NCBI GenBank assembly: GCA_963718235.1
Contig: CAVQYR010000001.1
Location: 1,696,001-1,760,000, forward strand
Direction: 5' to 3'
Source: an uncultured Actinomycetota bacterium
Lineage (GTDB): Bacteria; Actinomycetota; Actinomycetes; JAHEKZ01
Length of the DNA: 64,000 bases
Positions 42,236 through 55,100 of this stretch are shown piece by piece. Both the position numbers and the translations under genes were made by a program. Every line of letters starts with the position of its first letter. Position 1 is the stretch's first letter. The notes under the pieces were generated by a model. It was not told where the DNA came from. It saw only the letters and a program-made list of their open reading frames with translations, and searched no databases.

Positions 42236-43198
42236 ATGACGCAGGGAGTGCACGTGGTCCTAGGAGCCACCGGAGGCATGGGCTCCGCCGTCGTCGCGGC
42301 GCTGGGGGAGTCTGGGGTTGCGCTGCGGGCGGTGAACCGAACCGGGTCGGCGGTGGTGCCGACCGGGGGAGAGCGGATGGCCGCCGACGTCTCGACACTC
42401 GCCGGCGCGCGACGTGCCGTCGAAGGTGCATCGGTCGTGTACCACTGCGCACAGCCGGCGTACACGCGTTGGGCCGCGGAGTTCCCGACCATGACGAGGA
42501 GCATTGCCGATGCCTGCGAGGAGACGGGATCCAAGCTCGTGTTCGGGGACAACCTGTACATGTACGGCCCGATCACCGGACCGATCGCAGAGGACAGCCC
42601 GATGCACCCGGAGTCGAAGAAGGGTCGGCTGCGCCGGGCGATGGCCGACGACCTGCTCGAGCGTCACCGGGCCGGGCGCCTGAGGGTGGCGATCGGGCGT
42701 GCCTCGGACTACTTCGGGCCGCGCGGCGCGGACTCCACCCCTGGGGCGTTGCTGTTCGTGCCGCTGGCCAAGGGGCGTAAGCCCCGCTGGATGGGTCGTC
42801 TGGACGCCGCCCACACCCTCAACTACCTGCCCGACGTGGGCCGGGCTCTCGTGACCCTCGGACTGCGCGAGGAGGCCGACGGGAGCGCCTGGGTCCTGCC
42901 GGCCGGAGAGGCGCTCACGGGGGCTCAGTGGATCGAGGCGGCCGGTGCGGCTGCAGGACGCACCCTGAGGCCGGCCGTGGTCTCGCCGTTGATGAACCGG
43001 ATCGCCGGGGTCTTCGTGCCGATGGTCCGCGAGCTGAACGAGATCATGTACCAGTTCACCGAGCCGTTCGTGGTCGACGACTCCCGGTTCCGCACCACGT
43101 TCCCCGACGCCGTACGGGTGACCCCCCACGACGAGGCTCTGCTCGAGACGGTCCGGTGGTTCACCGCGGCCCACGGCATGAGCCAGGGGACGAGCTAG
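42236..43198 (+). CDS. NAD-dependent epimerase/dehydratase family protein
   Basis: VLGATGGMG, DNLYMYG, KG-LR and RASDYFGP motifs. Confidence 0.88.
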   Translation: MTQGVHVVLGATGGMGSAVVAALGESGVALRAVNRTGSAVVPTGGERMAADVSTLAGARRAVEGASVVYHCAQPAYTRWAAEFPTMTRSIADACEETGSKLVFGDNLYMYGPITGPIAEDSPMHPESKKGRLRRAMADDLLERHRAGRLRVAIGRASDYFGPRGADSTPGALLFVPLAKGRKPRWMGRLDAAHTLNYLPDVGRALVTLGLREEADGSAWVLPAGEALTGAQWIEAAGAAAGRTLRPAVVSPLMNRIAGVFVPMVRELNEIMYQFTEPFVVDDSRFRTTFPDAVRVTPHDEALLETVRWFTAAHGMSQGTS

Positions 43199-43230
43199 GG
43201 GATCAGCACGGATACAAACCGTGTGTTCGC

Positions 43231-43725
43231 TCACCAAATGACATAATGTCTATTATCGGCGAAGTGGCTATGCTGCGGTGGGTCCTGCCGTGGCCAGGTC
43301 CAGGCGTAGAACGCGACGGCTGCGAGCAGTGCGACCTCGACGACGCTGCCGAGGACGTAGTAGCCCCACTCGCCGACGGCGGCCCCCACGATCGTCAACG
43401 CATACCCGACGCTCACGACGAGGTTCGCGACCCGGTTGACCCCAGGCCGCAGGACCAGGACCAGGAAGACCATCAGGCTCGGGATAACGATGTAGGCCGT
43501 GGTGGCCACCAGGAAGGTCTGGCTCACCTCGAACCCCCCGAGCTGACCGGCCTCGAGCCCGGACCGGACGTCCGCCCGGTAGAGACTGAACAGGTCCACA
43601 TAGGCGAAGACGAACAGCACGCTCGCCCAGAGCCCGGACAGCTTGACCCGCACGCTGACCGGGACGTCCTGGAAGCCCGTGTGGCCGGTGGTGGTGGGAC
43701 GCGGGCTCGTCACTGGGGTGGTCAT
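43231..43725 (-). CDS. DUF6326-like membrane protein; 3' end runs through dif
   Basis: VKLSGLWASVLFVFAYVD...YAWTWP; four TM segments. Confidence 0.7.
   Translation of the reverse strand: MTTPVTSPRPTTTGHTGFQDVPVSVRVKLSGLWASVLFVFAYVDLFSLYRADVRSGLEAGQLGGFEVSQTFLVATTAYIVIPSLMVFLVLVLRPGVNRVANLVVSVGYALTIVGAAVGEWGYYVLGSVVEVALLAAVAFYAWTWPRQDPPQHSHFADNRHYVIW
43236..43263 (-). other. dif site (XerC/XerD chromosome-dimer resolution site)
   Basis: Minus strand TTCGCCGATAA-TAGACA-TTATGTCATTT. 11-6-11 layout matching the actinobacterial dif pattern (GCCGATAA-N6-TTATGTCA). Confidence 0.85.
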
Positions 43726-43783
43726 GGCAGCTCCTTTCGTCGTGCTGCACCGACACCTTCGGCTTACTTAGTATACTTCTTGG

Positions 43784-44480
43784 GTGACCGCCTCAGCCAG
43801 CCCTGCCCTGAAACGGCCGGCACGCGCCCGGCTGACCCGCGACCGGGTCATCCGGGCAGCCGTCGAGCTGGTCGACCGCCAAGGGGTCGAGGCCTTGACC
43901 ATGCGGCGGCTCGGTTCGTCCCTGGGCGTCGAGGCCATGTCCTTGTACAAGCACGTCCGCAACAAGGAGGCGATCCTGGACGGGATCGTGGAACAGGTGG
44001 TCGCCGAGATCGGCTCCCCCGCGGACCCACACCTGTCCTGGCAAGAGGCCCTGCGGCACCGGGCGGTCGCCTCGAGGCAGGTGCTCCGGGCGCACCCGTG
44101 GGCGATCGGGCTGCTGGAGAGCCGTCGCCCGCTCGGACCGGGTCAGCTCCGATCGTTGGACGCTGCGTTGGGGAACCTGCGGTCGGCGGGCTTCTCGATC
44201 GAGGAGGCCGCGCGTGCCCTGTGGCTGGTCGACGGCTTCGTGTACGGGCAGGTGGTCCAGGAGACCAGCCAGCAGCTGGCCTCATCCGCCGAGGCGGCCC
44301 CGGCCGCGGGGGAAGCGCTCGCTCAACTGGCAGCGAGTGGATACCCGGCACCTCGACGAGGTCGCGCAGCATGCGCTCGGCTCGCCGTTCAGCGTTGACG
44401 AGGAGTTCGAGTTCGGGCTGAGCCTGATCCTCACTGCACTCGCGGGTCGCCACAGCCGAGGGTCAGGCCCGACCCGGTGA
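43784..44480 (+). CDS. TetR-family regulator (TetR_C), frameshift near 44347
   Basis: LTMRRLG-LGVEAMSLYKHV-NKE; C-terminus YP-HL...EFEFGLSLIL in a shifted frame. TATACT 6 nt before GTG. Confidence 0.8.
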
Positions 44481-44481
44481 G

Positions 44482-46881
<2,400 letters not shown>

Positions 46882-47081
46882 CGGTCCTCCCTCGTTCAAG
46901 CGGAGCGGCGCTCCTGCCGTTTGGCGATCGATCTAACCAGTTGTCGTTCAGGCGCCTGGCGATGCGGGACGCACGTGACCGGTGCGGTCTTCGGTGTCGT
47001 GTGGTCCAACGACTCTGGGCCGCCGCGGACGGCCGCGGTACACCTGGAGGGACGAGAGTCACTCCGGCACTGGAGGCCGAG

Positions 47082-48191
47082 ATGGGGACCCTGCAGATTC
47101 CTGACGCCGACCGATTCGGACCCGAGCAGGTGATCGTGGTCAACGACACAGCCGCGGGACTCCTGGCCTATGTCGTGGTGGACAACCTCGCGGCCGGGCC
47201 GGCGATCGGCGGTGTGCGCATGGCCGGCGACGTGAGCATGGTCGAGGTCGCCCGGCTGGCCCGGGCGATGACCTTCAAGAACGCTGCGGCGGGGCTGCCC
47301 CACGGCGGCGCGAAGGCCGGGATCGTGGCCGACCCCAGGATGCCGTTCGAGGACAAGGCGCGGCTCGTGCGAACCTTCGGCCAGTCCATCCGCGACGTCG
47401 TCGGGTACTGCCCCGGCCCGGACATGGGGCTGGACGAGCGGCTCATGGCCCACCTCCGAAGCACGTGCGGGCGCGCCGTAGGTCTGCCGGCGGTGCTCGG
47501 TGGGATCCCCCTGGACGTCCTGGGCGCCACCGGGTTCGGGGTTGCCGTGGCGGCCGAGGTGGCTGCCGAACGAGGCGTCGTCCAGCTGGCCGGGGCTCGG
47601 GTGGTCGTGCAGGGCTTCGGCTCCGTCGGCAGCCACGCCGCCCGGTTCCTGGTGCAACGCGGTGCGCGCGTGGTCGCCGTCTCGGACAGCCGCGGAGCGG
47701 TCGCCCGTCCGGAGGGCCTGGACGTGGCCGCACTGGTGGCGCACAAGGCAGCCGGGCACCCGGTGGCGGAGTTCCCGGGAGGCAGCCCACTCGCGGCCGA
47801 TGAGCTGGTGGGACTCCCCTGCGAGATCTGGGTGCCGGCCGCGCGGCCGGACGTGTTCACCGCCGACAATGCCGGTGACCTCAAGGCACGGCTGGTGCTG
47901 GAGGGCGCGAACATCCCGGCCAGTCGGGGGGTCGAGCAACAGCTGCACGAGGCCGGGGTGACCGTGGTGCCCGACTTCGTGGCCAACGCCGGCGGGGTGA
48001 TCTGCGCCGCCGTGGAGTACGCAGGGGGTACGTCGGCCCAGGCGTTCGCCGCTATCGAGGAGAAGGTGCGGAGCAACACCCGGCTGGTGCTCGAGGGCTC
48101 GGCCCGGACCGGTGAGATGCCGCGTCTGGTCGCCGAGGCGATGGCCGAGCAGAGGGTCGAGGAGGCGATGAGCTACCGCACCCGCCCGTGA
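47082..48191 (+). CDS. Glu/Leu/Phe/Val dehydrogenase
   Basis: GPAIGGVRM, MTFK, GGAKAG, GPDMG, QGFGSVG, EGAN and PDFVANAGGV motifs. Confidence 0.92.
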   Translation: MGTLQIPDADRFGPEQVIVVNDTAAGLLAYVVVDNLAAGPAIGGVRMAGDVSMVEVARLARAMTFKNAAAGLPHGGAKAGIVADPRMPFEDKARLVRTFGQSIRDVVGYCPGPDMGLDERLMAHLRSTCGRAVGLPAVLGGIPLDVLGATGFGVAVAAEVAAERGVVQLAGARVVVQGFGSVGSHAARFLVQRGARVVAVSDSRGAVARPEGLDVAALVAHKAAGHPVAEFPGGSPLAADELVGLPCEIWVPAARPDVFTADNAGDLKARLVLEGANIPASRGVEQQLHEAGVTVVPDFVANAGGVICAAVEYAGGTSAQAFAAIEEKVRSNTRLVLEGSARTGEMPRLVAEAMAEQRVEEAMSYRTRP

Positions 48192-48300
48192 CCAGGCCGG
48201 AGGTGTCGCAGGCCGCCCGGTTGGTCGACTGGGTGTGAGGCGCGACACGTCGGGACCAAAGGTCTGGTCTCGGACCGGTCGGATACGACAGGCTGAGCGG

Positions 48301-50001
48301 GTGAGTATTCCTAGCGACCTCGAGATCGCCCGCGCCGCAACCGTCCGCCCGATCGACCAGATCACCGAGGCCATGGGGCTGCCCCCGAGCCTGTGGGAGC
48401 CCTACGGCCGAGACGTGGCCAAGATCAGCCTCGACGCCATCGAGGAGCTGTCCGACCGGCCCCCGGCCAAGTACATCCTGGTCACGGCCATCACCCCCAC
48501 TCCCCTGGGCGAGGGCAAGACCACCACGTCGATCGGGCTGGCCCAGGGCTTCGGACACATCGGCAAGCGCGCGACGCTGGCGCTGCGGCAGCCGTCGATG
48601 GGCCCGACGTTCGGGATCAAGGGCGGCGCGGCTGGCGGTGGCTACAGCCAGGTCATCCCGATGGAGAAGCTGAACCTGCATCTCACCGGCGACTTCCACG
48701 CGATCACCGCCGCGCACAACCTGCTGGCCGCGATGCTCGACAACCACCTGTACCAGGGCAACGAGCTCGGCGTCGACATGCACTCGATCGAGTGGCGTCG
48801 GGTGATGGACGTCAACGACCGAGCCCTGCGCAACGTGATCATCGGCCTGGGCGCCCGGCTGGACGGTGTCCCCCGGCAGACCGGCTTCGACATCACCGCC
48901 GCAAGTGAGCTGATGGTGCTGCTGGCCCTGGCGACCTCCGAGCCCGACATGCGTGAGCGGGTCGGCAAGATCGTGGTCGGCTACACCAAGGGCGGTGACC
49001 CGATCACCGCCGAGGACCTCAAGACCGCCGGGTCGATGGCTGTGATCCTGCGGGACGCGCTCAAGCCGAACCTGCTCCAGACCATCGAGGGTCAGCCGGT
49101 GCTGATCCACACCGGTCCGTTCGGCAACATCGCCACCGGTCAGTCCTCGATCGTCGCCGACCTGATCGGCATCAAGACCGGCGACTACCTCATCACCGAG
49201 GCCGGCTTCGGCGCCGACATCGGCGCGGAGAAGTTCTTCGACATGAAGTGCCGCATGTCCGGGCTCACCCCCGACGCGGCCGTGGTGGTGGCGACCGTGC
49301 GCGCTCTGAAGGCGCACTCGGGCAACCACGTCATCAAGCCCGGAAAGCCGCTTCCGCCCGAGCTGCTGGCCGAGAACCCCGACGAGGTCGCCACCGGTGG
49401 CGAGAACCTGCGCAAGCACCTGGAGAACCTCAAGAAGTTCGGCGTCACGCCGATCGTCGCGATCAACGCCTTCCCGACCGACCACCCGAGCGAGCACGAG
49501 ATGATCCGCAAGATCGCCGAGGAGGCCGGCGCCCGTGCGGCGGTGGCCACCCACGTGGTCGACGGCGGCGCCGGTGCCATCGAGCTGGCCCGGGTCGTGG
49601 AGGAGGTGGCCAACGAGCCCACCGACTTCCGCTTCCTCTACCCGCTCGACGACACCATCGAGAAGAAGATCGAGACGATCGCGACCGAGCTGTACGGCGC
49701 CACGGGCGTCGACTTCACCCCGGCCGCCGCCGCCCAGGCCAAGCGCTACCAGGCGCTGGGCTACGGCGGTCTTCCGATCGTGATCGCCAAGACGCACCTG
49801 TCCATCACCAGTGATGCCAGCCTGCTCGGCGCCCCCAAGGGCTGGGGCCCGCTGCCGGTGCGCGAGCTGAGGCTCGCCGCCGGGGCCGGCTACATCTACG
49901 CGGTGTGCGGCGAGATCCGCACGATGCCTGGGCTGTCCGGTCACCCCGCCGCGGAGCGGATCGACATCGACGCCTCGGGCGAGATCGTCGGCTTGTCCTG
50001 A
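48301..50001 (+). CDS. fhs: Formate--tetrahydrofolate ligase
   Basis: TPTPLGEGKTT, GIKGGAAGGGYSQV, GPFGNIA, TEAGFGAD-GAEKF and TMPGL motifs. Confidence 0.97.
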   Translation: MSIPSDLEIARAATVRPIDQITEAMGLPPSLWEPYGRDVAKISLDAIEELSDRPPAKYILVTAITPTPLGEGKTTTSIGLAQGFGHIGKRATLALRQPSMGPTFGIKGGAAGGGYSQVIPMEKLNLHLTGDFHAITAAHNLLAAMLDNHLYQGNELGVDMHSIEWRRVMDVNDRALRNVIIGLGARLDGVPRQTGFDITAASELMVLLALATSEPDMRERVGKIVVGYTKGGDPITAEDLKTAGSMAVILRDALKPNLLQTIEGQPVLIHTGPFGNIATGQSSIVADLIGIKTGDYLITEAGFGADIGAEKFFDMKCRMSGLTPDAAVVVATVRALKAHSGNHVIKPGKPLPPELLAENPDEVATGGENLRKHLENLKKFGVTPIVAINAFPTDHPSEHEMIRKIAEEAGARAAVATHVVDGGAGAIELARVVEEVANEPTDFRFLYPLDDTIEKKIETIATELYGATGVDFTPAAAAQAKRYQALGYGGLPIVIAKTHLSITSDASLLGAPKGWGPLPVRELRLAAGAGYIYAVCGEIRTMPGLSGHPAAERIDIDASGEIVGLS

Positions 50002-50002
50002 C

Positions 50003-51463
50003 GTGAGCTCGCCCCACCGGCTCGGGCGCATCGCCCTGGTCCTGGTGGGGGCCAGTCTCGCGCTGTTCGTCGTCACGGCGCTGCTCGGTCCTTCGGCGGC
50101 CCAGCCGGAGCTGCCCGGTGCCGGCCCCGCCCGTCATTTCGACGTGGGACCACCTGCGGGGCTGGTCACGGCACTCATGTGGTCGGCGCTGCTCGCCGGT
50201 GCGGCGGCCGTGGCGCTCGGGTGGTGGGCCCTGGTCCGCGGCTGGGCGCCCGACCCTCGACGCCTGCGCGGGTGGGGCTTCGTCGGGGCAGCAGTCATGG
50301 CCGCCGTCCCCCCGCTCGGCTCGACCGACCTGCTGAGCTACGCGGCGTACGGGCGGATGGCGGTGCTCGGGCTCAACCCATACACCACGACGGTGCAGGA
50401 CCTGCTGGCTCGCGGCGACCCGGTCGGCCTCGCCTACCAAGGCGCCTGGGGCGACGTGCCGTCGGTCTACGGACCGTTCGCGATCGCCTCGCACGCACTG
50501 ACCTCCCTGCTCGCCGGTGAGTCGGTCCGCATGTTCGCCCTGTGGACGCAGGTCTTCGAGCTCGGTGTGTTCGTGGCAGTGGCGGTGCTGCTGGACCGGG
50601 TGGTGTCCGACGACCTGGCCGCTCGCCGTCGCGTCGCCCTGATGTGGACGCTCAACCCGTTGCTGCTCTACGTGATCGTCAACTCCGGACACCTCGACGG
50701 CCTGGCCGCGGGCCTGGGCGTCGCCGCCCTCCTGGTGGTCCGCCGCTCCCCCGTGGCCGCCGGAGTGCTCGTCGCCCTGTCGGTGTGCACGAAGCTGTCG
50801 TTCGCCCTGTACGTGCTCGCCCTGGTGTGGGCGCTGCGGTCCGAACGCGGACGGCTGCTGCGGTTCCTGGCCGCGGGCGCGGTCACCGGCGCGGTCCTGC
50901 TCGTCCCGTTCCTGCCGGAGCTCGTCGACCCGTTGCGGGATGCTTCTCAGTACGTCGCCCGGCAGTCCCCGTGGCGGGTCACCCTGCCCGTGCTGCGCAC
51001 CGTCCTGCCCGACGACGTCGTGCCGAGACTCCTGTCGGTTGCCGTGTGGGTGTTGGTCGTAGCGGTGGTCTGGCGGCTGAGCCGGGTCCTCCCGCGACGT
51101 GCGACTGCGAACGGTGCGAGCGACGAAGCCCTCTGGGCCGCCGCGCTGTTGTCCGTGGCGTGGCTCCTGTCGTCGACCTACGCCTACGCCTGGTACGACG
51201 TCATGGCCTGGGCGCCGTTGGTCCTGCTGCCGGCATCCGGCGTCGACCTGGTGCTCCTGGCCCGAACGGCGTCGGTGGCCGTGGCCTACAGCCCAGGACT
51301 CGACCTCGACCCGCCGGGACTCCTCGGCTCGGTCACGACGACGCTGAACGGGACGGTGGCGCCACTGGTGGGTCTTGCCCTGCTCGTGCTCGTGCTCTTC
51401 TTCGGGGATCGGCTGAGGCTGCCACGACCAGCGGGAGACCCACGCCCAGCATCGTCCCGGTGA
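50003..51463 (+). CDS. GT-C membrane glycosyltransferase (MptA/MptB/GT87-like mannosyltransferase)
   Basis: STDLLSYAAYGRM...NPY, SVYGP, WTLNPL and NSGHLD motifs; many TM segments. Confidence 0.8.
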   Translation: MSSPHRLGRIALVLVGASLALFVVTALLGPSAAQPELPGAGPARHFDVGPPAGLVTALMWSALLAGAAAVALGWWALVRGWAPDPRRLRGWGFVGAAVMAAVPPLGSTDLLSYAAYGRMAVLGLNPYTTTVQDLLARGDPVGLAYQGAWGDVPSVYGPFAIASHALTSLLAGESVRMFALWTQVFELGVFVAVAVLLDRVVSDDLAARRRVALMWTLNPLLLYVIVNSGHLDGLAAGLGVAALLVVRRSPVAAGVLVALSVCTKLSFALYVLALVWALRSERGRLLRFLAAGAVTGAVLLVPFLPELVDPLRDASQYVARQSPWRVTLPVLRTVLPDDVVPRLLSVAVWVLVVAVVWRLSRVLPRRATANGASDEALWAAALLSVAWLLSSTYAYAWYDVMAWAPLVLLPASGVDLVLLARTASVAVAYSPGLDLDPPGLLGSVTTTLNGTVAPLVGLALLVLVLFFGDRLRLPRPAGDPRPASSR

Positions 51464-53633
51464 CGATCACGCCGGAGTCGTTGACGAACGCCCCGAGACC
51501 GGCCATGACCAGTCCGCTGATCAGCCCGGCCTGCAGGGTGGGTGTGGCCCGGTAGGCCTCGATCAGCTGGGTGGCCCTGAACCTGCCCGGCCTCAGCACG
51601 ACCCAGAAGAAGAGGGCATAGAGGACGGGGATGGCTGGTGCGAGAGCGGTGAAGGTGAAGGAGTTGATGCTGGCCGCGAGCTTGCGTCCGATCGTGGAGC
51701 TGGAGTCGCCACCCAGGACCGACGCGACGAAGTCGCCGAGGTGGGTGCGCGAGTCCTCCGGGCGCAGGTAGTCGGCGAAGGACACGATCACCGCAAACGC
51801 GGCACCGGCCAGGAGGATCAGCACGACGCCGCGCAGCGACAGCCCCCGCGGGGAGATCAGCAGGGCGAACAGCCCGAACCCGACGATGAGCGCGATCATG
51901 CCGCCGAAGTCCGCGCCGAAAGCAGGCCATCCGTCGATGAGTCCGACGACCACGCCGAACCCGAACACGATGAGCGACGCGACCACGCGACGCCCGGCCA
52001 CGACCCATCGGGCCGACAGCGCCACCGCGAGGAAGACCGAGCACGCGGCGAACACCGAGAAGGCGACATTGCCGAAGCCGTAGAAGCGCCCGGCGGCGAT
52101 CGGGGACAGACCCAAGGAAGAGGCGAACTGCAGGTGCGAACCGGTCATGACGTCGACGGCGAGGACCACCACGGTGGTGCCGCTGACGATCGCGACCGGC
52201 CGATAGGTCGCACGCGCCCAGGGCAACAGCAGGGCAACGGCGACCAGACCGACCGCCAGGGCCACGGAGGTGACCAGCATGATCGTGGTGGCGGCGCCGG
52301 TCGCGGGACCGTCGGCGGCCCGCCACCAGGGGATCGTGTTCGCCAGGTACGTGCCCACCGGGATGCTCGCCAGGACGAGCGAGACCGCGCGCAGCGCTTG
52401 CCAGAACCCGGCCGAGGTGCCCGACGGCAGCCCCTGGCCCCGTCGGCGTCGCGCTCGTCCGACCCCGACGAGGGCGAACGCTGAGTACACGACCACCAGC
52501 AGCAGGAGCAGCGCCTGGTTGATCGGGAAGGTGATCCGGGCGATGACCTGGGCCCGTTCGTCCAGCTCGACGAGCCGGTCCACCAGGCTCTGCAGCGAAC
52601 CGGGCCACGGGACGACCGTGGGCGCGCTGCCCACGATCGGCTCGATCGGCTCGACGTCCAGGGTGGCCAGCACGAGGTCGGTGACGTCGGTGAGCGTCAC
52701 CAGGCCCGGTTGCCTGGTGGAGCGCGTGGTCATGAGTCCGGTGGCGTACGTGGTGTCACCCGGCCCGGGCCCCGCGGCAGTCAGCACCCGCAGCCTGGCC
52801 ACCGCGGTCTCGTCCGCGGTCGAAACCAGGACGAACGTCGCCCCGGGCGGGAGGTCGCCCAGCAGGGCGGCGACCGATCGGTCGAGCTGCCGGAGGGCCG
52901 CAGAACGGGTCAAGGCGGTGGGAGCGGCCCCGGAGACCGCGTCGGGGTCGGGCTCGACCTCCGGCCCTGGGGGGATCTCGCCCAGGTCGATGCCGGTGAG
53001 GACGCACGTGGACAGCAGTTGGCCGTCGACCTCCGCCGGGTCGGACTCGTACCGCTCGACCCGGCCCGAGGCGTCCGCGAGCATCGAGGCCGCTCCGGGG
53101 CCGACCGCGGTGGCGCAACCCCCAGCCGCCTCGACGGAGTCGCTGACCAGGCCGAGCGTGGGGTCGTACCGGTCGACGTTCTCTTCCTCGAGCTGTCCCC
53201 AGCCGGGCACCCTCCAGGTCGATCCGTCCCACCGCGGCACCGGGAGGACGCTGCAGCGGCGTCCACCCTCTGGCAGGTCCACCCGCGGGGCCACGGTCCG
53301 GGCTCCCGTCCCGAGGGTCAGCCACCCGTCGGCAGCACAGGTGCGCTGGAACACCCCACGCACGACGAGCGATCCGACGGCGCTGCTTTCCGCGAGGGCC
53401 CAGAGAGCAGGAGTGCTCGTCGGGCTGAGGTCGTCCCACACCAGCCCGGAGATCCCGGCGAGGACCACCCTGGGAGTGGGAGGGGGCTCGGTGTCAGCAG
53501 GCACCGCAGTCGCGGGCGCTTGGGCACCGATGAGTGCCGCCGTCGCGAGGACGCCCACCAGGGCCGACCTGATCCCCGTCCGACCTCGGAACAGGGTGCG
53601 GCTCGTCCACCGACCGACCCGACGTGCACCCAT
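51333..53633 (-). CDS. Large membrane protein: extracellular alkaline-phosphatase-like domain plus polytopic C-terminus
   Basis: Signal peptide; GL-WDD-TPAL, STRQPGLVTLTD, GRFYGFGN, GADFGG, THLG-F and NDSG motifs. Confidence 0.7.
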   Translation of the reverse strand: MGARRVGRWTSRTLFRGRTGIRSALVGVLATAALIGAQAPATAVPADTEPPPTPRVVLAGISGLVWDDLSPTSTPALWALAESSAVGSLVVRGVFQRTCAADGWLTLGTGARTVAPRVDLPEGGRRCSVLPVPRWDGSTWRVPGWGQLEEENVDRYDPTLGLVSDSVEAAGGCATAVGPGAASMLADASGRVERYESDPAEVDGQLLSTCVLTGIDLGEIPPGPEVEPDPDAVSGAAPTALTRSAALRQLDRSVAALLGDLPPGATFVLVSTADETAVARLRVLTAAGPGPGDTTYATGLMTTRSTRQPGLVTLTDVTDLVLATLDVEPIEPIVGSAPTVVPWPGSLQSLVDRLVELDERAQVIARITFPINQALLLLLVVVYSAFALVGVGRARRRRGQGLPSGTSAGFWQALRAVSLVLASIPVGTYLANTIPWWRAADGPATGAATTIMLVTSVALAVGLVAVALLLPWARATYRPVAIVSGTTVVVLAVDVMTGSHLQFASSLGLSPIAAGRFYGFGNVAFSVFAACSVFLAVALSARWVVAGRRVVASLIVFGFGVVVGLIDGWPAFGADFGGMIALIVGFGLFALLISPRGLSLRGVVLILLAGAAFAVIVSFADYLRPEDSRTHLGDFVASVLGGDSSSTIGRKLAASINSFTFTALAPAIPVLYALFFWVVLRPGRFRATQLIEAYRATPTLQAGLISGLVMAGLGAFVNDSGVIVTGTMLGVGLPLVVAASADPRRRARARAGQDPPVAPPSRSASS

Positions 53634-53732
53634 GACGCCCACGACCCTAGGCCAGCCCGTCCGCGGTCAGCGCTCTCGTCGCTGCTTCGTGTCCCTGCTT
53701 CGGGTCACGGCGGCGTGCGGTTGGATGCCTCC

Positions 53733-55100
53733 ATGGATGATCCGAAGGACGTCGACGAAGCACTCGCCGCGACGATGCCGGGAATCGTGGCCGACCTGCA
53801 GCGGCTGGTCGCCATACCCTCATGCGCGTTCCCCGGGTTCCCGCCCGAGCCGGTGCTGGAGATGGCGGATGCCACGGTGGAGCTGCTGCGGCGAAGCGGG
53901 CTCGCTGACGCCCATCTGGTCGAGGTTCAAGGCGGCTACCCGATGGTCTTCGGCGAGATCCCCGCTCCCCCCGGCGCGCCGACCGTGCTGCTGTACGCGC
54001 ACTATGACGTCCAGCCTGCACCCGACGACCAGGGCTGGCAGACCGACCCCTGGACCCCCGTCGTCCGCGACGGCCGCTTGTACGGCCGCGGTGCCGCTGA
54101 CGACAAGTCGGGCATCGCGCTGCACGCGGCCACCCTGCAGGTCTTCGCCGGGCGTCCTCCCGTCGGCGTGAAAGTCGTCATCGAGGGCGAGGAGGAGACT
54201 GACAGCAACCTCGAACAGGTCGTCGCCGCCGACCCTGAACGGTTCCACGCCGATGTCTACGTGATCGGTGACGGGGGCAACGAGGAGGTGGGCGTCCCGG
54301 TCATCGAGGTCACCACGCGCGGGTTCGTGGCTTTCGACGTCACGGTGGCCACACTGTCCCGGCCGGTGCACTCGGGGATCTTCGGGGGTGGCGCACCCGA
54401 CGCGCTGCTCGCCCTGGTCCGGATGCTGGCCACGATGCACGACGACGGCGGCTCGGTCGCTGTCGCCGGGCTGACCGGGCACCCGTGGGCCGGCGGCTCG
54501 ACGGACGAGTCACTTCTGCGTCGCGCCGCCGGAGTGCTCGACGGCGTGTCGCTGATGGGAACCGGCCCGCTGGCCAGCCGGCTCTGGTCCCAGCCGGCGA
54601 TCTCGGTGATCGGGCTCGACGCGCCGAGGGTTGCCGGGGCGGTGAACGCGCTGGTCCCCCGGGCCAGCGCCACCGTGTCCATGCGTGTCCCGCACGGGGC
54701 AGACCCGGCGCGCGAGGCGGCGGTGCTGCAGGAGCACCTGCGGTCGGTCGCACCTTGGGGTGTGCACCTGACCTTCGGGGAGGTGCGCTCCGGAGAACCG
54801 TGGCGTACCCGGGACGACGGTCCGGCGCTGGCCGCCGCGCGGGAGTCGATGCGTGAGGTCTACGGCTCCGACCCTGAGCTGATCGGCAGCGGCGGGTCGA
54901 TCCCGTTGCTCAACGCGCTGCAACGGGTGAACCCCGACGCGGAGTTCGTCCTGTGGGGTGCCGAGGACGGTGCGCAGGCCAACATCCACTCCGCCGACGA
55001 GAGTGTCGACCTCGCCGAGCTCGAGCGCGTGGTGAAGGCCCAGTGCCTGCTGCTGTCCAGGCTCGGTTCACGGGCAGCGTCCCCCGCAGCCGGCGGGTGA
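53733..55100 (+). CDS. M20/M25/M40 metallopeptidase (dipeptidase)
   Basis: YAHYDVQP, GRGAADDK, EGEEE, HSG, GGSIP and HS-DES motifs. Confidence 0.92.
   Translation: MDDPKDVDEALAATMPGIVADLQRLVAIPSCAFPGFPPEPVLEMADATVELLRRSGLADAHLVEVQGGYPMVFGEIPAPPGAPTVLLYAHYDVQPAPDDQGWQTDPWTPVVRDGRLYGRGAADDKSGIALHAATLQVFAGRPPVGVKVVIEGEEETDSNLEQVVAADPERFHADVYVIGDGGNEEVGVPVIEVTTRGFVAFDVTVATLSRPVHSGIFGGGAPDALLALVRMLATMHDDGGSVAVAGLTGHPWAGGSTDESLLRRAAGVLDGVSLMGTGPLASRLWSQPAISVIGLDAPRVAGAVNALVPRASATVSMRVPHGADPAREAAVLQEHLRSVAPWGVHLTFGEVRSGEPWRTRDDGPALAAARESMREVYGSDPELIGSGGSIPLLNALQRVNPDAEFVLWGAEDGAQANIHSADESVDLAELERVVKAQCLLLSRLGSRAASPAAGG

Noticed and set aside
48192-48300. ZTP (pfl) or THF riboswitch upstream of fhs
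   Set aside because: GACTGG is present, but the GGTGG/CCAC stem and GCCTGGGC 3' element are not.
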